From: an uncultured virus (IMG/VR IMGVR_UViG_3300031689_000528)
Lineage: Duplodnaviria; Heunggongvirae; Uroviricota; Caudoviricetes
Direction: 5' to 3' (one strand)
Virus record (IMG/VR): IMGVR_UViG_3300031689_000528
Length of the DNA stretch: 20,000 bases
In this document: piece after piece, positions 7,869 through 15,758 of the stretch
Position numbering within the stretch: the first letter of the stretch is position 1
How the letters are laid out: the number at the start of each line of letters is the position of its first letter
Made by a program: the position numbers and the translations under genes
The notes under the pieces: generated by a model
What the model saw: the letters and a program-made list of their open reading frames with translations, nothing else
The model's database searches: none
What the model was told of the DNA's origin: nothing

Positions 7869-8030
7869 ATGATTAATCACATAAAAGAAAGATGTAAAGA
7901 ACTATCATCACTACATGGTGGTGTTTTAATTGCATTAGGACTAGTAGTCTTATTTGCAAGTCCAATTGCTAAACTAGCGGCTTGGGCTGCTATTGCTTAC
8001 GGAGCATGGGCTATCTGGAAAAAGGACTGA
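7869..8030 (+). CDS. 53 aa two-TM membrane protein, holin candidate (missed by the ORF track)
   Basis: Translates as MINHIKERCKELSSLHGGVLIALGLVVLFASPIAKLAAWAAIAYGAWAIWKKD*. SD AGGAGA 6 nt upstream; lies directly before the spanin-like pair. Confidence 0.65.
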   Translation: MINHIKERCKELSSLHGGVLIALGLVVLFASPIAKLAAWAAIAYGAWAIWKKD

Positions 8031-8039
8031 ATATAATCC

Positions 8040-8507
8040 ATGATAGGATTTAGATTATTTTTTATAGGCATAATCGCCAGTGCTATATTAGGTGCTGGTG
8101 TTTATGTTATGAAGTTACAAAAAGATAACGCTATCTTAAAAGGTAATGCTATCAAAATGGAATCAGCAATCGCTGATCAACAGAGTTTAATCGTAAGTCA
8201 AAAGAAAGACTTTAATGATATACTAGACGCTAACAAGAAGATGAATGAGTTAGTTACTAATTTAAAAAGAGATTTAGATGAACTAGATAAAAGGTTCGGT
8301 AAAAAGAATAGAGACATTGGCAAACTGGCAATAGAAAGAACAGGTGCCATTGAAAGAGTTATTAATAAAGGAAGTGACAATGCTACACGATGTATTGAGA
8401 TCGCAAGTGGGTCACCTCTAACAGAGGAAGAAAAGAATGCAACCAAGAAGACACAGATTAATCCTGAATGTCCTAGTCTTGCTAACCCTAATTACGTTCC
8501 TTACTAG
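8040..8507 (+). CDS. Inner-membrane spanin (Rz-like) candidate
   Basis: N-terminal TM, long coiled coil and two C-terminal Cys. Its 3' end is overlapped by a lipoprotein gene in another frame. Confidence 0.65.
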   Translation: MIGFRLFFIGIIASAILGAGVYVMKLQKDNAILKGNAIKMESAIADQQSLIVSQKKDFNDILDANKKMNELVTNLKRDLDELDKRFGKKNRDIGKLAIERTGAIERVINKGSDNATRCIEIASGSPLTEEEKNATKKTQINPECPSLANPNYVPY

Positions 8508-8814
8508 TTGTAGTAGCGTAAAGAAGTTAAGCATATTTAAAGAAGAGGTGCCAAGAGCACAGCTTAATTTAGATAAACCTACGGCATTACAGTTAGAAAA
8601 AATCAAATGGATTATTATTACCTCTGAAAATGCTGATGAAGTCTTTAAAAAATTAGAAGAACAAGGTCTAGATAAAGTATTATTTGGTCTTACTGATAAA
8701 GATTATCAATTAATATCAAAAAACTTTGCACAAATAAGAAATCAACTAGCGATTACCAATGATTTATTGGATAAGTATAAAGAATATTATGAAAAAGAGG
8801 AAGAATTAAAGTAA
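8437..8814 (+). CDS. Outer-membrane spanin (Rz1-like) lipoprotein candidate
   Basis: Signal peptide with lipobox FLTS-C (Cys codon at 8509), a Pro-containing linker and a C-terminal helix ending ..YKEYYE. Overlaps the i-spanin candidate by 71 nt. Confidence 0.65.
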   Translation: MQPRRHRLILNVLVLLTLITFLTSCSSVKKLSIFKEEVPRAQLNLDKPTALQLEKIKWIIITSENADEVFKKLEEQGLDKVLFGLTDKDYQLISKNFAQIRNQLAITNDLLDKYKEYYEKEEELK

Positions 8815-8978
8815 TGGATTTAGATTTTGCAGCTCAGTTAATGAGATTATGGCCACTTTTCTTAGGTTTCATAACCCTAGTGATAGTACTTGCTAAAATG
8901 CATGCTACAATACAGGTATTGGAAGAGAAAGTAAAGGTTGCCTTTCAATTAATCAACAAATTATCAGACAGAAAATAA
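8814..8978 (+). CDS. 54 aa single-TM protein (missed by the ORF track)
   Basis: TAATG coupling. Translates as MDLDFAAQLMRLWPLFLGFITLVIVLAKMHATIQVLEEKVKVAFQLINKLSDRK*. Confidence 0.65.
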   Translation: MDLDFAAQLMRLWPLFLGFITLVIVLAKMHATIQVLEEKVKVAFQLINKLSDRK

Positions 8979-8987
8979 ATAATTTTC

Positions 8988-9071
8988 ATGGGAAACATCA
9001 ACCTAATATTACTTACATTGGTATTAGTTTTGTTCTGCTGGGAACTTTACAAAATTTGCAATAAGTTATAG
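8988..9071 (+). CDS. Possible 27 aa hydrophobic peptide
   Basis: Translates as MGNINLILLTLVLVLFCWELYKICNKL* and fills the gap before the late promoter. No clear SD. Confidence 0.35.
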   Translation: MGNINLILLTLVLVLFCWELYKICNKL

Positions 9072-9088
9072 AATAACGAATCATTTAT

Positions 9089-9096
9089 TATAAATA
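9089..9096 (+). promoter_or_regulatory. T4-type late promoter heading the csgF operon
   Basis: Exact intergenic TATAAATA, 24 nt before the csgF ATG. Confidence 0.8.
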
Positions 9097-9120
9097 TTCT
9101 TATCAATAAAGGGAAAACTT

Positions 9121-9576
9121 ATGAACAAATCAATAGTAATAGTGGCAATTTTAACACTCTGTACACAGGTAGCTGCGTCAGAATTGACATTTAAATTCAA
9201 CAGTCCATCGTTTAACGGAAATGGACAATCATCACACTACTTAACTATTGAAAATATTGAAAAGACTAGACGAGACGCCCTTATAGCAAAGAAAAAAGCA
9301 GACGCTAAAGCACTTAAAGATGAAATTAATGGCACAGCAGTTGCTAAATTCAAAGCAAATTTAGAGGCAAGATTTTATACTGCTCTTGCAAAACAAATTA
9401 CAGACAACGTATTTGGTGCTGATGGTCTTCAACAAGACTCAGGTACATTTACAGGTACAAATGGCGAAACAGTTGCTTGGGTAACTCCTGCAAATACAGG
9501 TAACGTTGTTGTAACCGTAACAGAAGCAGACGGAACTGTAACAACATTTACAATGCCTAAAGAGGACAACAGTTAA
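9121..9576 (+). CDS. csgF: Curli assembly component CsgF-like
   Basis: Signal peptide, then mature N-terminus ELTFKFNSPSFNGNG resembling CsgF (E. coli mature GTMTFQFRNPNFGGN), an F..NLE.R....LAKQI helix and a C-terminal beta hairpin (VTVTEADGTVTTF). Adjacent to csgG. Confidence 0.85.
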   Translation: MNKSIVIVAILTLCTQVAASELTFKFNSPSFNGNGQSSHYLTIENIEKTRRDALIAKKKADAKALKDEINGTAVAKFKANLEARFYTALAKQITDNVFGADGLQQDSGTFTGTNGETVAWVTPANTGNVVVTVTEADGTVTTFTMPKEDNS

Positions 9577-9577
9577 T

Positions 9578-10579
9578 ATGAATATTACATTAAGAAATAT
9601 AGCAATAATTTTATTGTTATCTATTTTTGTATCAGGTTGTTCATCTACAATGGCAAAAAAAGGTTATTTAAAAACACAATCAATTGCCTTTAAAGAGTTA
9701 GAAACAATCACACAACCAGAAGGTTCTCCTATTATCATAGCAGTTTACGACTTCAATGATATGTCAGGTCAAAAGAAACCAGGTGGTAACTATGCTTCAA
9801 TGTCAAGTGCCGTAACTCAAGGATCATATCAAATACTAATCAAAGCATTGCAAGACGCAGGTCATGGTAAATGGTTTAGAGTGGTAGAAAGACATAGTTT
9901 AGCAAGTTTATTACAAGAAAGAAAACTAATTAGAACTACTAGACAAATATCAGATGGTGAACAAGCAGAGTCATTACCAGCTTTACTATTCGCTGGTGCA
10001 TATGTAACCGGTGGTATTGTAGGATATGACAGTGATGTTATGTCAGGTGGTGCTGGCGCTAGAGTATTAGGTCTACAAGCACACAAAGAATACAGACAAG
10101 ATATTCTTTCTATAATGTTAAGATTAATTAATGTACAAACAGGTGAAGTTATTATTTCTACAACTATTGAAAAAACAATTTACTCAACAAGTACCGGTGC
10201 AGATGTCTTTAAATATTTTGACGCTGATACAATGTTAGTAGAGATAGAAGTAGGTTATTCTAAAAATGAACCAGTTACTTTTGCAGTAAGAAAAGCAATA
10301 GAAGCAGGTGTTGTATCTTTAATTAAACAAGGTGCAGAGTTAGATTTATGGAAATTTGGAAAGACAGCTGAAGAAATGTCTTTAGAAGCAGAACAAAAAA
10401 TGACACAAGAATTAGATAAAAAATCTGAAGCGAAAGAATTAAAAGCACTAGAAAAAATAGTGGAAAAAGAAGAAGTTAAAAAACTAGATGATGAACTGAC
10501 ACAGGAGGAAAGTACAGATGAAGAAGACACTACTACTACTACAGTTGTTGCTGATCCTAGTTCTCAACACAGTAACTAA
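9578..10579 (+). CDS. csgG: Curli secretion channel lipoprotein CsgG-like
   Basis: Lipobox VSG-C. Motifs IAVYDF.D.SGQ.KP, SSAVTQG, WFRVVER..L..LLQERKLIR, GGIVGYDS...GGAGAR.LG, YRQD, LRLINVQTGEV and NEPV..AV..AIE. Confidence 0.93.
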   Translation: MNITLRNIAIILLLSIFVSGCSSTMAKKGYLKTQSIAFKELETITQPEGSPIIIAVYDFNDMSGQKKPGGNYASMSSAVTQGSYQILIKALQDAGHGKWFRVVERHSLASLLQERKLIRTTRQISDGEQAESLPALLFAGAYVTGGIVGYDSDVMSGGAGARVLGLQAHKEYRQDILSIMLRLINVQTGEVIISTTIEKTIYSTSTGADVFKYFDADTMLVEIEVGYSKNEPVTFAVRKAIEAGVVSLIKQGAELDLWKFGKTAEEMSLEAEQKMTQELDKKSEAKELKALEKIVEKEEVKKLDDELTQEESTDEEDTTTTTVVADPSSQHSN

Positions 10580-11639
10580 TATCACATACGCAGACAGTTC
10601 TGGTAATAATGCATACATTTTACTAGATGATAGTTCTGGTGCAGGTGCCGGAGAAACAGTTTACATAAAACAAGAAGGGTATGACAATTGGATTGGCAGT
10701 TGGACTAATAAACAATTTGAAATTACAGGCACAGGAAACACCGTCAATATCGTACAGATTGGATTTACCAACGACTTTGAAGATTACTCCTCATTTGATT
10801 GTACTAATTGTACTTTAGATGTTAATGTTAAAGGTAGTAATAACGCTGTAGGAATAGACATGGACGACACCGGCGACTCAGGTTGGTGGATAGATATTGA
10901 TATTAGAGGTGGTGATAACCTAGTTTTAGTCAGCGATACTCCTGATGGTAGTAACGTAGCAAATCAAAACTATGATATTGATATTGATGGTACTGATAAT
11001 CAAATGGAGTTTCATGTTAGGAACGGTTCAGGTGGTGGTCACTACCTATATGCCTACATTTTTGGTGATGATAATCATGTAGAGTACTACATGGGAGATG
11101 GTTCTGTAGGTAAGAATACAACAGCCAATGCAGCCATAGGTCCTTACAATTCAATCAGTCACTCTCAGGTAGCAAATAAAAGTTTAGCGTCAATTGATTT
11201 TTACATAATTGGATCTAGTAACAATATAAAAACAGAATCAAGAGGCGAAACTAATTACATGCTTATTGAATTATTTAATGGTTCTTCAAACAATGCAATT
11301 AGACAATCTCCTGTTGGTAATAGTGCAGGCTTTGAAAAAGTAATGCAATTTGGTGATAACAATGAATTAGCGTTAAGATTAAACGGCAGTAATAGTTTAA
11401 TTGGTATATATCAACAAGGTAACAATAACATTATGAATTTAAATTATACCACTTCAGGTGCTACATTGTATACTTCACAAACAGGTGGTAACAATACGGC
11501 TAATGTAACTGTAACTGGAGATAGTATTTACGATTATACATTAAACTTCACACAAGACGGTTCAGATACTTGTACATATTCTTTCAATAGAAATACACAA
11601 TCAGCTGATGTAACAGCAACAGTAGCCAACGGTTGTTAA
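10518..11639 (+). CDS. Secreted curlin-like beta-solenoid repeat protein
   Basis: SD AGGAGGA and signal peptide. Asn/Gly-rich with recurring I.Q.G..N or I.G..N units (YIKQEGYDN, IVQIGFTND, VNVKGSNN, IDIRGGDN, IDIDGTDN, VMQFGDNN, IYQQGNNN, TSQTGGNN, FTQDGSD). Confidence 0.75.
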   Translation: MKKTLLLLQLLLILVLNTVTNITYADSSGNNAYILLDDSSGAGAGETVYIKQEGYDNWIGSWTNKQFEITGTGNTVNIVQIGFTNDFEDYSSFDCTNCTLDVNVKGSNNAVGIDMDDTGDSGWWIDIDIRGGDNLVLVSDTPDGSNVANQNYDIDIDGTDNQMEFHVRNGSGGGHYLYAYIFGDDNHVEYYMGDGSVGKNTTANAAIGPYNSISHSQVANKSLASIDFYIIGSSNNIKTESRGETNYMLIELFNGSSNNAIRQSPVGNSAGFEKVMQFGDNNELALRLNGSNSLIGIYQQGNNNIMNLNYTTSGATLYTSQTGGNNTANVTVTGDSIYDYTLNFTQDGSDTCTYSFNRNTQSADVTATVANGC

Positions 11640-11640
11640 G

Positions 11641-14010
11641 ATGAAAAAGTTTTTAACAATAGTATCAGCTCTGATACTTTTTACAACCCAAGCATTTGCT
11701 ATTCCAGTAGTAGGTACTGTTTATCAAAAAATGGGTACAACATGGGTTGAACGTGATTCAAATAACATAACCATTCAAAATTCAGGTTTTGAATTATACA
11801 TGGAGGATTTCTTACAAACAGGTGAGGATGGTGCCATGAATATTGAGTTTGTTGATGGTACAAAATTTACACTTTCTCCTAATAGTGAAGCAATCATAGA
11901 TCAATTTGCTTTTGATACAAGCGTTATACCAATAGAAATTGCTATGGCCGTAGATATTAATGTAGGTTCTTTTACATATGAATCCGGTAGTATATCAAAA
12001 ATGGGTGGTGAAGTAAAGATTAGTACACCATCAGCAACAGTCACAGTTCAAGGTACTGCTTTTTCAGGTAACGTTGATGTAAATGGTAGAACAACTATTA
12101 CATTGTTACCAGATAGTACAGGTAATGTAGGACGAGTTACAGTTAGAAACGAGGCAGGTTCAAGTACAATAACAAGAGCATACACAGCCGTTACAGTACT
12201 TTCAGATAGTTTAAAACCTTCTTTTCCAGACCCTCTATCTACTAACGAAAGAAAAAAATTGTTTGATTTAGATACAAACGAAGAATCAATTGAAGATAAA
12301 ATAGACGATCAAAGAGATGGAAAAGAAAGAATAAAAAAACTAAAACAAATTGAACTACAAAGTAAAAAAAATAAAGAACCACTTGAACAAGTTGAAGAAG
12401 TCATAGAAGAACTAGAAACACAAGAAATTAAAGAAATTGAACTAGATACTTTTGATGTACAAGAAGAATCAAAAGACAACTCTATTGAAATGAAAGAAGA
12501 AAACTTTGATGTAGAAGTTACTGCTGAAGAAGCTGGTAATCTTGAACAAGATTTAATGACCGAAGAACTTACAATTGTTGAATCAACTTCAACAGAGTCA
12601 ATTGTAATCGTTGAAGATTTTAAAATAGAATCAGAACCTCTAGTAAATACTACCGAAATATCAGAGGATATTATTACAGATGATTCAGTTAATACGGAAG
12701 TTGATACATCATATTACGATCAATGGGACGACAATGCCTATGACTCTGAATACGGATGGGTAGATGAGAATGACCAAGTAACTGTTTGGGATGCCAAAGG
12801 TGAAACTAAAATGAATTATGAAGATAGTAAAAAGATGTATGCAGAAATGGACAAAGCATATATGAAGGCTATTGGTTGTGAAAATAATTGTAATTGGGAA
12901 AGTATTGATTGGGACAGTATTGATTGGGACGATGTTGATTGGGATTCTTTATCTCAACAACAAGACGCTACAATGTCAGCATATGGTTTAGATACTGATT
13001 GGAATCAATATAATGATGAAACTAAAAATGATGAACTTAATGTTACAGATGATGTATTTGTTGATATTGAAAAACTTGAAGGCGACATAACATATGAAGA
13101 TGATATGGATAGTTTTAACAATGAAGATGATACAAACAGCACAGAAGCAAATTTTGAAGATAACAATAACAATTACTATTCAGGATCAGGTCCTTACGTG
13201 GTGACAGGTAAAGAGGATTGGTGTGATCCAACTTGGTGTACACAGCAATACATTGATGAAACTAATGAATGGAATCAAATGGATTGGGATTTAAATACAG
13301 AATATGATTCATGGACAAAGGAATCTAAAAAGTTATTTGATAAATTACACTTGCATTGGTATGGTGATACAACAGAAGCTCCGAAACCTTGGACAATATC
13401 AGCACTAAAAAATAAGTACATTAATGATTGGGGTTGGGCTGATTGGGATATCTTTTGGGATGCTTTTGATGAATGGCAAAACCAAGGCGCATATGATAAC
13501 TGGGAATCTGACTATGAAGAATTAAGTTTAGTAGATCAGTACTCATTTGAAACAGATGAAATTGATGATTGGGAAAAAGATTATTTAGCAAATCTTCAAA
13601 CTGAATCTGATTGTATATACTCTGGTTACTATTGGGATAAAAGTAATAGCATTTGTGGTACAAAATGGGTTGATAATACAGGTGTTACCACTAAAGTAAA
13701 AGCAACTGGTGAAATAATTAACTATTATACAGGTGATATAACTCAAACGGTGACAACAACTACAAATGGTGTTTCATCTTCGGTAACAAATACAGGTAGA
13801 TATTCAACTTTTGATAATACAGCAAATTTTTCAGTTCACTCTGGCGACAACGGTTATAAAAGAATGGATAGAATATTTGACAATCATAGAGTATATCTTA
13901 CTACTAACTCTCTTGAAAATTTTGATATTATGGTAATACAAGGAATAGAAACTCAGGCTTTAGTAGCTGGATCTAATGGTGCTAAGGTTACAATAATCCA
14001 GTCTAAATAG
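11641..14010 (+). CDS. Secreted FecR-domain protein with long acidic Trp-rich region
   Basis: Signal peptide ending AFA-IP. FecR motifs D.LQTG.DG...IEFVDGT.FTLSPNSE.IID and KISTPSATVTVQGTAF, then G.VTVRNEAG. Asp/Glu/Trp-rich region followed by a beta-rich C-terminus. Confidence 0.8.
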   Translation: MKKFLTIVSALILFTTQAFAIPVVGTVYQKMGTTWVERDSNNITIQNSGFELYMEDFLQTGEDGAMNIEFVDGTKFTLSPNSEAIIDQFAFDTSVIPIEIAMAVDINVGSFTYESGSISKMGGEVKISTPSATVTVQGTAFSGNVDVNGRTTITLLPDSTGNVGRVTVRNEAGSSTITRAYTAVTVLSDSLKPSFPDPLSTNERKKLFDLDTNEESIEDKIDDQRDGKERIKKLKQIELQSKKNKEPLEQVEEVIEELETQEIKEIELDTFDVQEESKDNSIEMKEENFDVEVTAEEAGNLEQDLMTEELTIVESTSTESIVIVEDFKIESEPLVNTTEISEDIITDDSVNTEVDTSYYDQWDDNAYDSEYGWVDENDQVTVWDAKGETKMNYEDSKKMYAEMDKAYMKAIGCENNCNWESIDWDSIDWDDVDWDSLSQQQDATMSAYGLDTDWNQYNDETKNDELNVTDDVFVDIEKLEGDITYEDDMDSFNNEDDTNSTEANFEDNNNNYYSGSGPYVVTGKEDWCDPTWCTQQYIDETNEWNQMDWDLNTEYDSWTKESKKLFDKLHLHWYGDTTEAPKPWTISALKNKYINDWGWADWDIFWDAFDEWQNQGAYDNWESDYEELSLVDQYSFETDEIDDWEKDYLANLQTESDCIYSGYYWDKSNSICGTKWVDNTGVTTKVKATGEIINYYTGDITQTVTTTTNGVSSSVTNTGRYSTFDNTANFSVHSGDNGYKRMDRIFDNHRVYLTTNSLENFDIMVIQGIETQALVAGSNGAKVTIIQSK
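12901..12945 (+). repeat. 15-bp tandem repeat encoding (S/D)(I/V)DWD x3
   Basis: agtattgattgggac agtattgattgggac gatgttgattgggat. Confidence 0.9.
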
Positions 14011-14014
14011 ATAT

Positions 14015-15673
14015 ATGATTAAATTTACTTCCGTATGGGCAGTAATAGTAAGTGTAGTAATTCTATTAGGAATAAAACTTTATAATCCAATACCTCTACA
14101 AACACTACAACTAAAAACATTTGATTTATACCAACAGTTTGGTAATAATTACAAATCTAAAAGTTTGGTAATGTTAGACATATCAGATGAGGCATTAGTT
14201 AAAGAAGGACAATGGCCATGGAAAAGAGACAAACTAGGTCGTGCCATAGTTAATGCATATAGAAACGGTGCAGCTCTAGTATTTCTGAACGTAGTATTTG
14301 TACACAAAGATAGACTTGGTGGTGATGAAATGTTTTTGAAGATGATCTCCAAATATCCAGTTATACTAACTGAAACAGATCAAGCAAAGAACTTAATTGC
14401 CATAGGGAGGAGGGCACTAGCAGTCGCTAACGTGGAAGTGGCAATAAGTGTTGACAATGTTATACGAAAATTACCTCTGGATAATTCCGTGCCTAAAAAG
14501 ATTTTAGATATTATTAAGTTTAAAGTACCTAATCAGGATGAAATATGGATTGATTTCAGACACCACGTACCTAGAGTAGATTATGCAGATAAAGATTGGT
14601 CGTCTATGAAAGGTAAGATAGTATTCATAGGTGCTACGTTTACAGGTTCTACTTTTGTACAAACACCTAATGGTTTAATGAACACACATGAAATCATGGC
14701 AGTATCAACAGAGACCTTACTATCAGGTAAGTTTATAACTAGACCAGATTGGACACCTATTGCAGAGTGGATTATATTAATACTAGCATTAACTTTCTTT
14801 ATACTTGTTATGCCTAGAGTTGGTCTACTATGGTCATCATTATGTTTAATAGGTTTCTATTGTGAGTTAGCAGTTGCAAGTGGCTATCTATGGCAAAGTA
14901 AAATGATAATTACAGATTGGTCGTCAATCGCAATAATAGGTAGTATAGTATGGACACATTTAATATACAATAACTTTGCAAGAGAAAACAGATTAAAACT
15001 ACAAATTAAAAAACAGTTTGAACATTACCTAGAACCAAAGATGGTTAAGAAGTTACAAGAAAATCCTAATTTATTAAAATTAGGTGGCGAAACAAGAGAT
15101 ATGACCTTTTTGTTTTGTGACATAAGAGGTTTTACTCCTATTTCAGAAAAGTTTCAAAGTAATCCACAAGGACTTACTGTAATCATAAACAAATTTCTAA
15201 CACCTATGACAGACATAATAATGAAGAACGGTGGTACTATTGATAAGTATATGGGAGATTGTATCATGGCGTTTTGGAACGCTCCGATAGATCAACCTAA
15301 CCATAGGTCACTAGCTGTATCTTCAGCACTAGAAATGATTGATTGTTTAAAAGAATTAAATGATAATGCACACTTTGGGAAAGACAATAACATAAATATA
15401 GGCATTGGAATAAACTCTGGTTCTGCCGTAGTAGGCAATATGGGATCAAAGCAAAGGTTTGATTATTCAGTTTTAGGTGACGCAGTAAATTTGGCAAGTA
15501 GATTAGAAGGCATATCTAAAAATTATGACGCTACTCTAATAGTCGGTTACGATACCTACGGAGAAATCCGTAATAAATTTAATTTTAAGAAATTAGATCA
15601 GGTTAAAGTAAAAGGCAAGTCAAATGAAGTATCAATTTTCACAGTGGAGGTTAATGATAAAAAAGATAACTAA
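14015..15673 (+). CDS. CHASE2-domain membrane class III adenylate cyclase
   Basis: N-terminal TM, CHASE2 motifs (GQWPWKRD, GKIVFIG, TPNGLM..HE), three TM helices, then a cyclase domain with FCDIRGFT, IDKYMGDCIMAFWNAP, GIGINSG...VGNMGS and FDYSVLGDAVNLASRLE. The Lys and Asp specificity residues indicate ATP. Confidence 0.93.
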   Translation: MIKFTSVWAVIVSVVILLGIKLYNPIPLQTLQLKTFDLYQQFGNNYKSKSLVMLDISDEALVKEGQWPWKRDKLGRAIVNAYRNGAALVFLNVVFVHKDRLGGDEMFLKMISKYPVILTETDQAKNLIAIGRRALAVANVEVAISVDNVIRKLPLDNSVPKKILDIIKFKVPNQDEIWIDFRHHVPRVDYADKDWSSMKGKIVFIGATFTGSTFVQTPNGLMNTHEIMAVSTETLLSGKFITRPDWTPIAEWIILILALTFFILVMPRVGLLWSSLCLIGFYCELAVASGYLWQSKMIITDWSSIAIIGSIVWTHLIYNNFARENRLKLQIKKQFEHYLEPKMVKKLQENPNLLKLGGETRDMTFLFCDIRGFTPISEKFQSNPQGLTVIINKFLTPMTDIIMKNGGTIDKYMGDCIMAFWNAPIDQPNHRSLAVSSALEMIDCLKELNDNAHFGKDNNINIGIGINSGSAVVGNMGSKQRFDYSVLGDAVNLASRLEGISKNYDATLIVGYDTYGEIRNKFNFKKLDQVKVKGKSNEVSIFTVEVNDKKDN

Positions 15674-15728
15674 AAAACTTATCTTTTTCTTCGTTTGTTG
15701 GGTGATACTATGGACAATAATTAATTGA
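15654..15728 (+). CDS. Possible 24 aa hydrophobic peptide overlapping the cyclase stop
   Basis: Translates as MIKKITKKLIFFFVCWVILWTIIN*. GGAGG lies only 3 nt upstream of the ATG. Confidence 0.3.
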   Translation: MIKKITKKLIFFFVCWVILWTIIN

Positions 15729-15742
15729 CAACAACAGACTGT

Positions 15743-15750
15743 TATAAATA
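15743..15750 (+). promoter_or_regulatory. T4-type late promoter
   Basis: Exact intergenic TATAAATA, 8 nt before ATG 15759. Confidence 0.75.
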
Positions 15751-15758
15751 GTAGTAAT

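Noticed and set aside
12901..12945. CRISPR-like or DGR repeat
   Set aside because: These are in-frame 15-bp coding tandem repeats with no spacers, and no cas or reverse transcriptase gene is present.
14015..15673. Pycsar/CBASS-type defence cyclase
   Set aside because: The architecture is a TM-CHASE2 receptor cyclase with ATP-type specificity residues, and there is no adjacent cNMP-binding TIR/TM effector.
9121..15673. Bacterial chromosome or chimeric assembly as the source of the curli/cyclase genes
   Set aside because: The block is bracketed by T4 late promoters, has the same AT-rich composition and tight gene packing as its neighbours, and is contiguous with gp61/nrdA. Read mapping would be needed to exclude chimerism fully.
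15725..15753. TTGACA as a sigma70 -35 element
   Set aside because: There is no good -10 hexamer at 17 nt spacing, and the TATAAATA late promoter explains the site.
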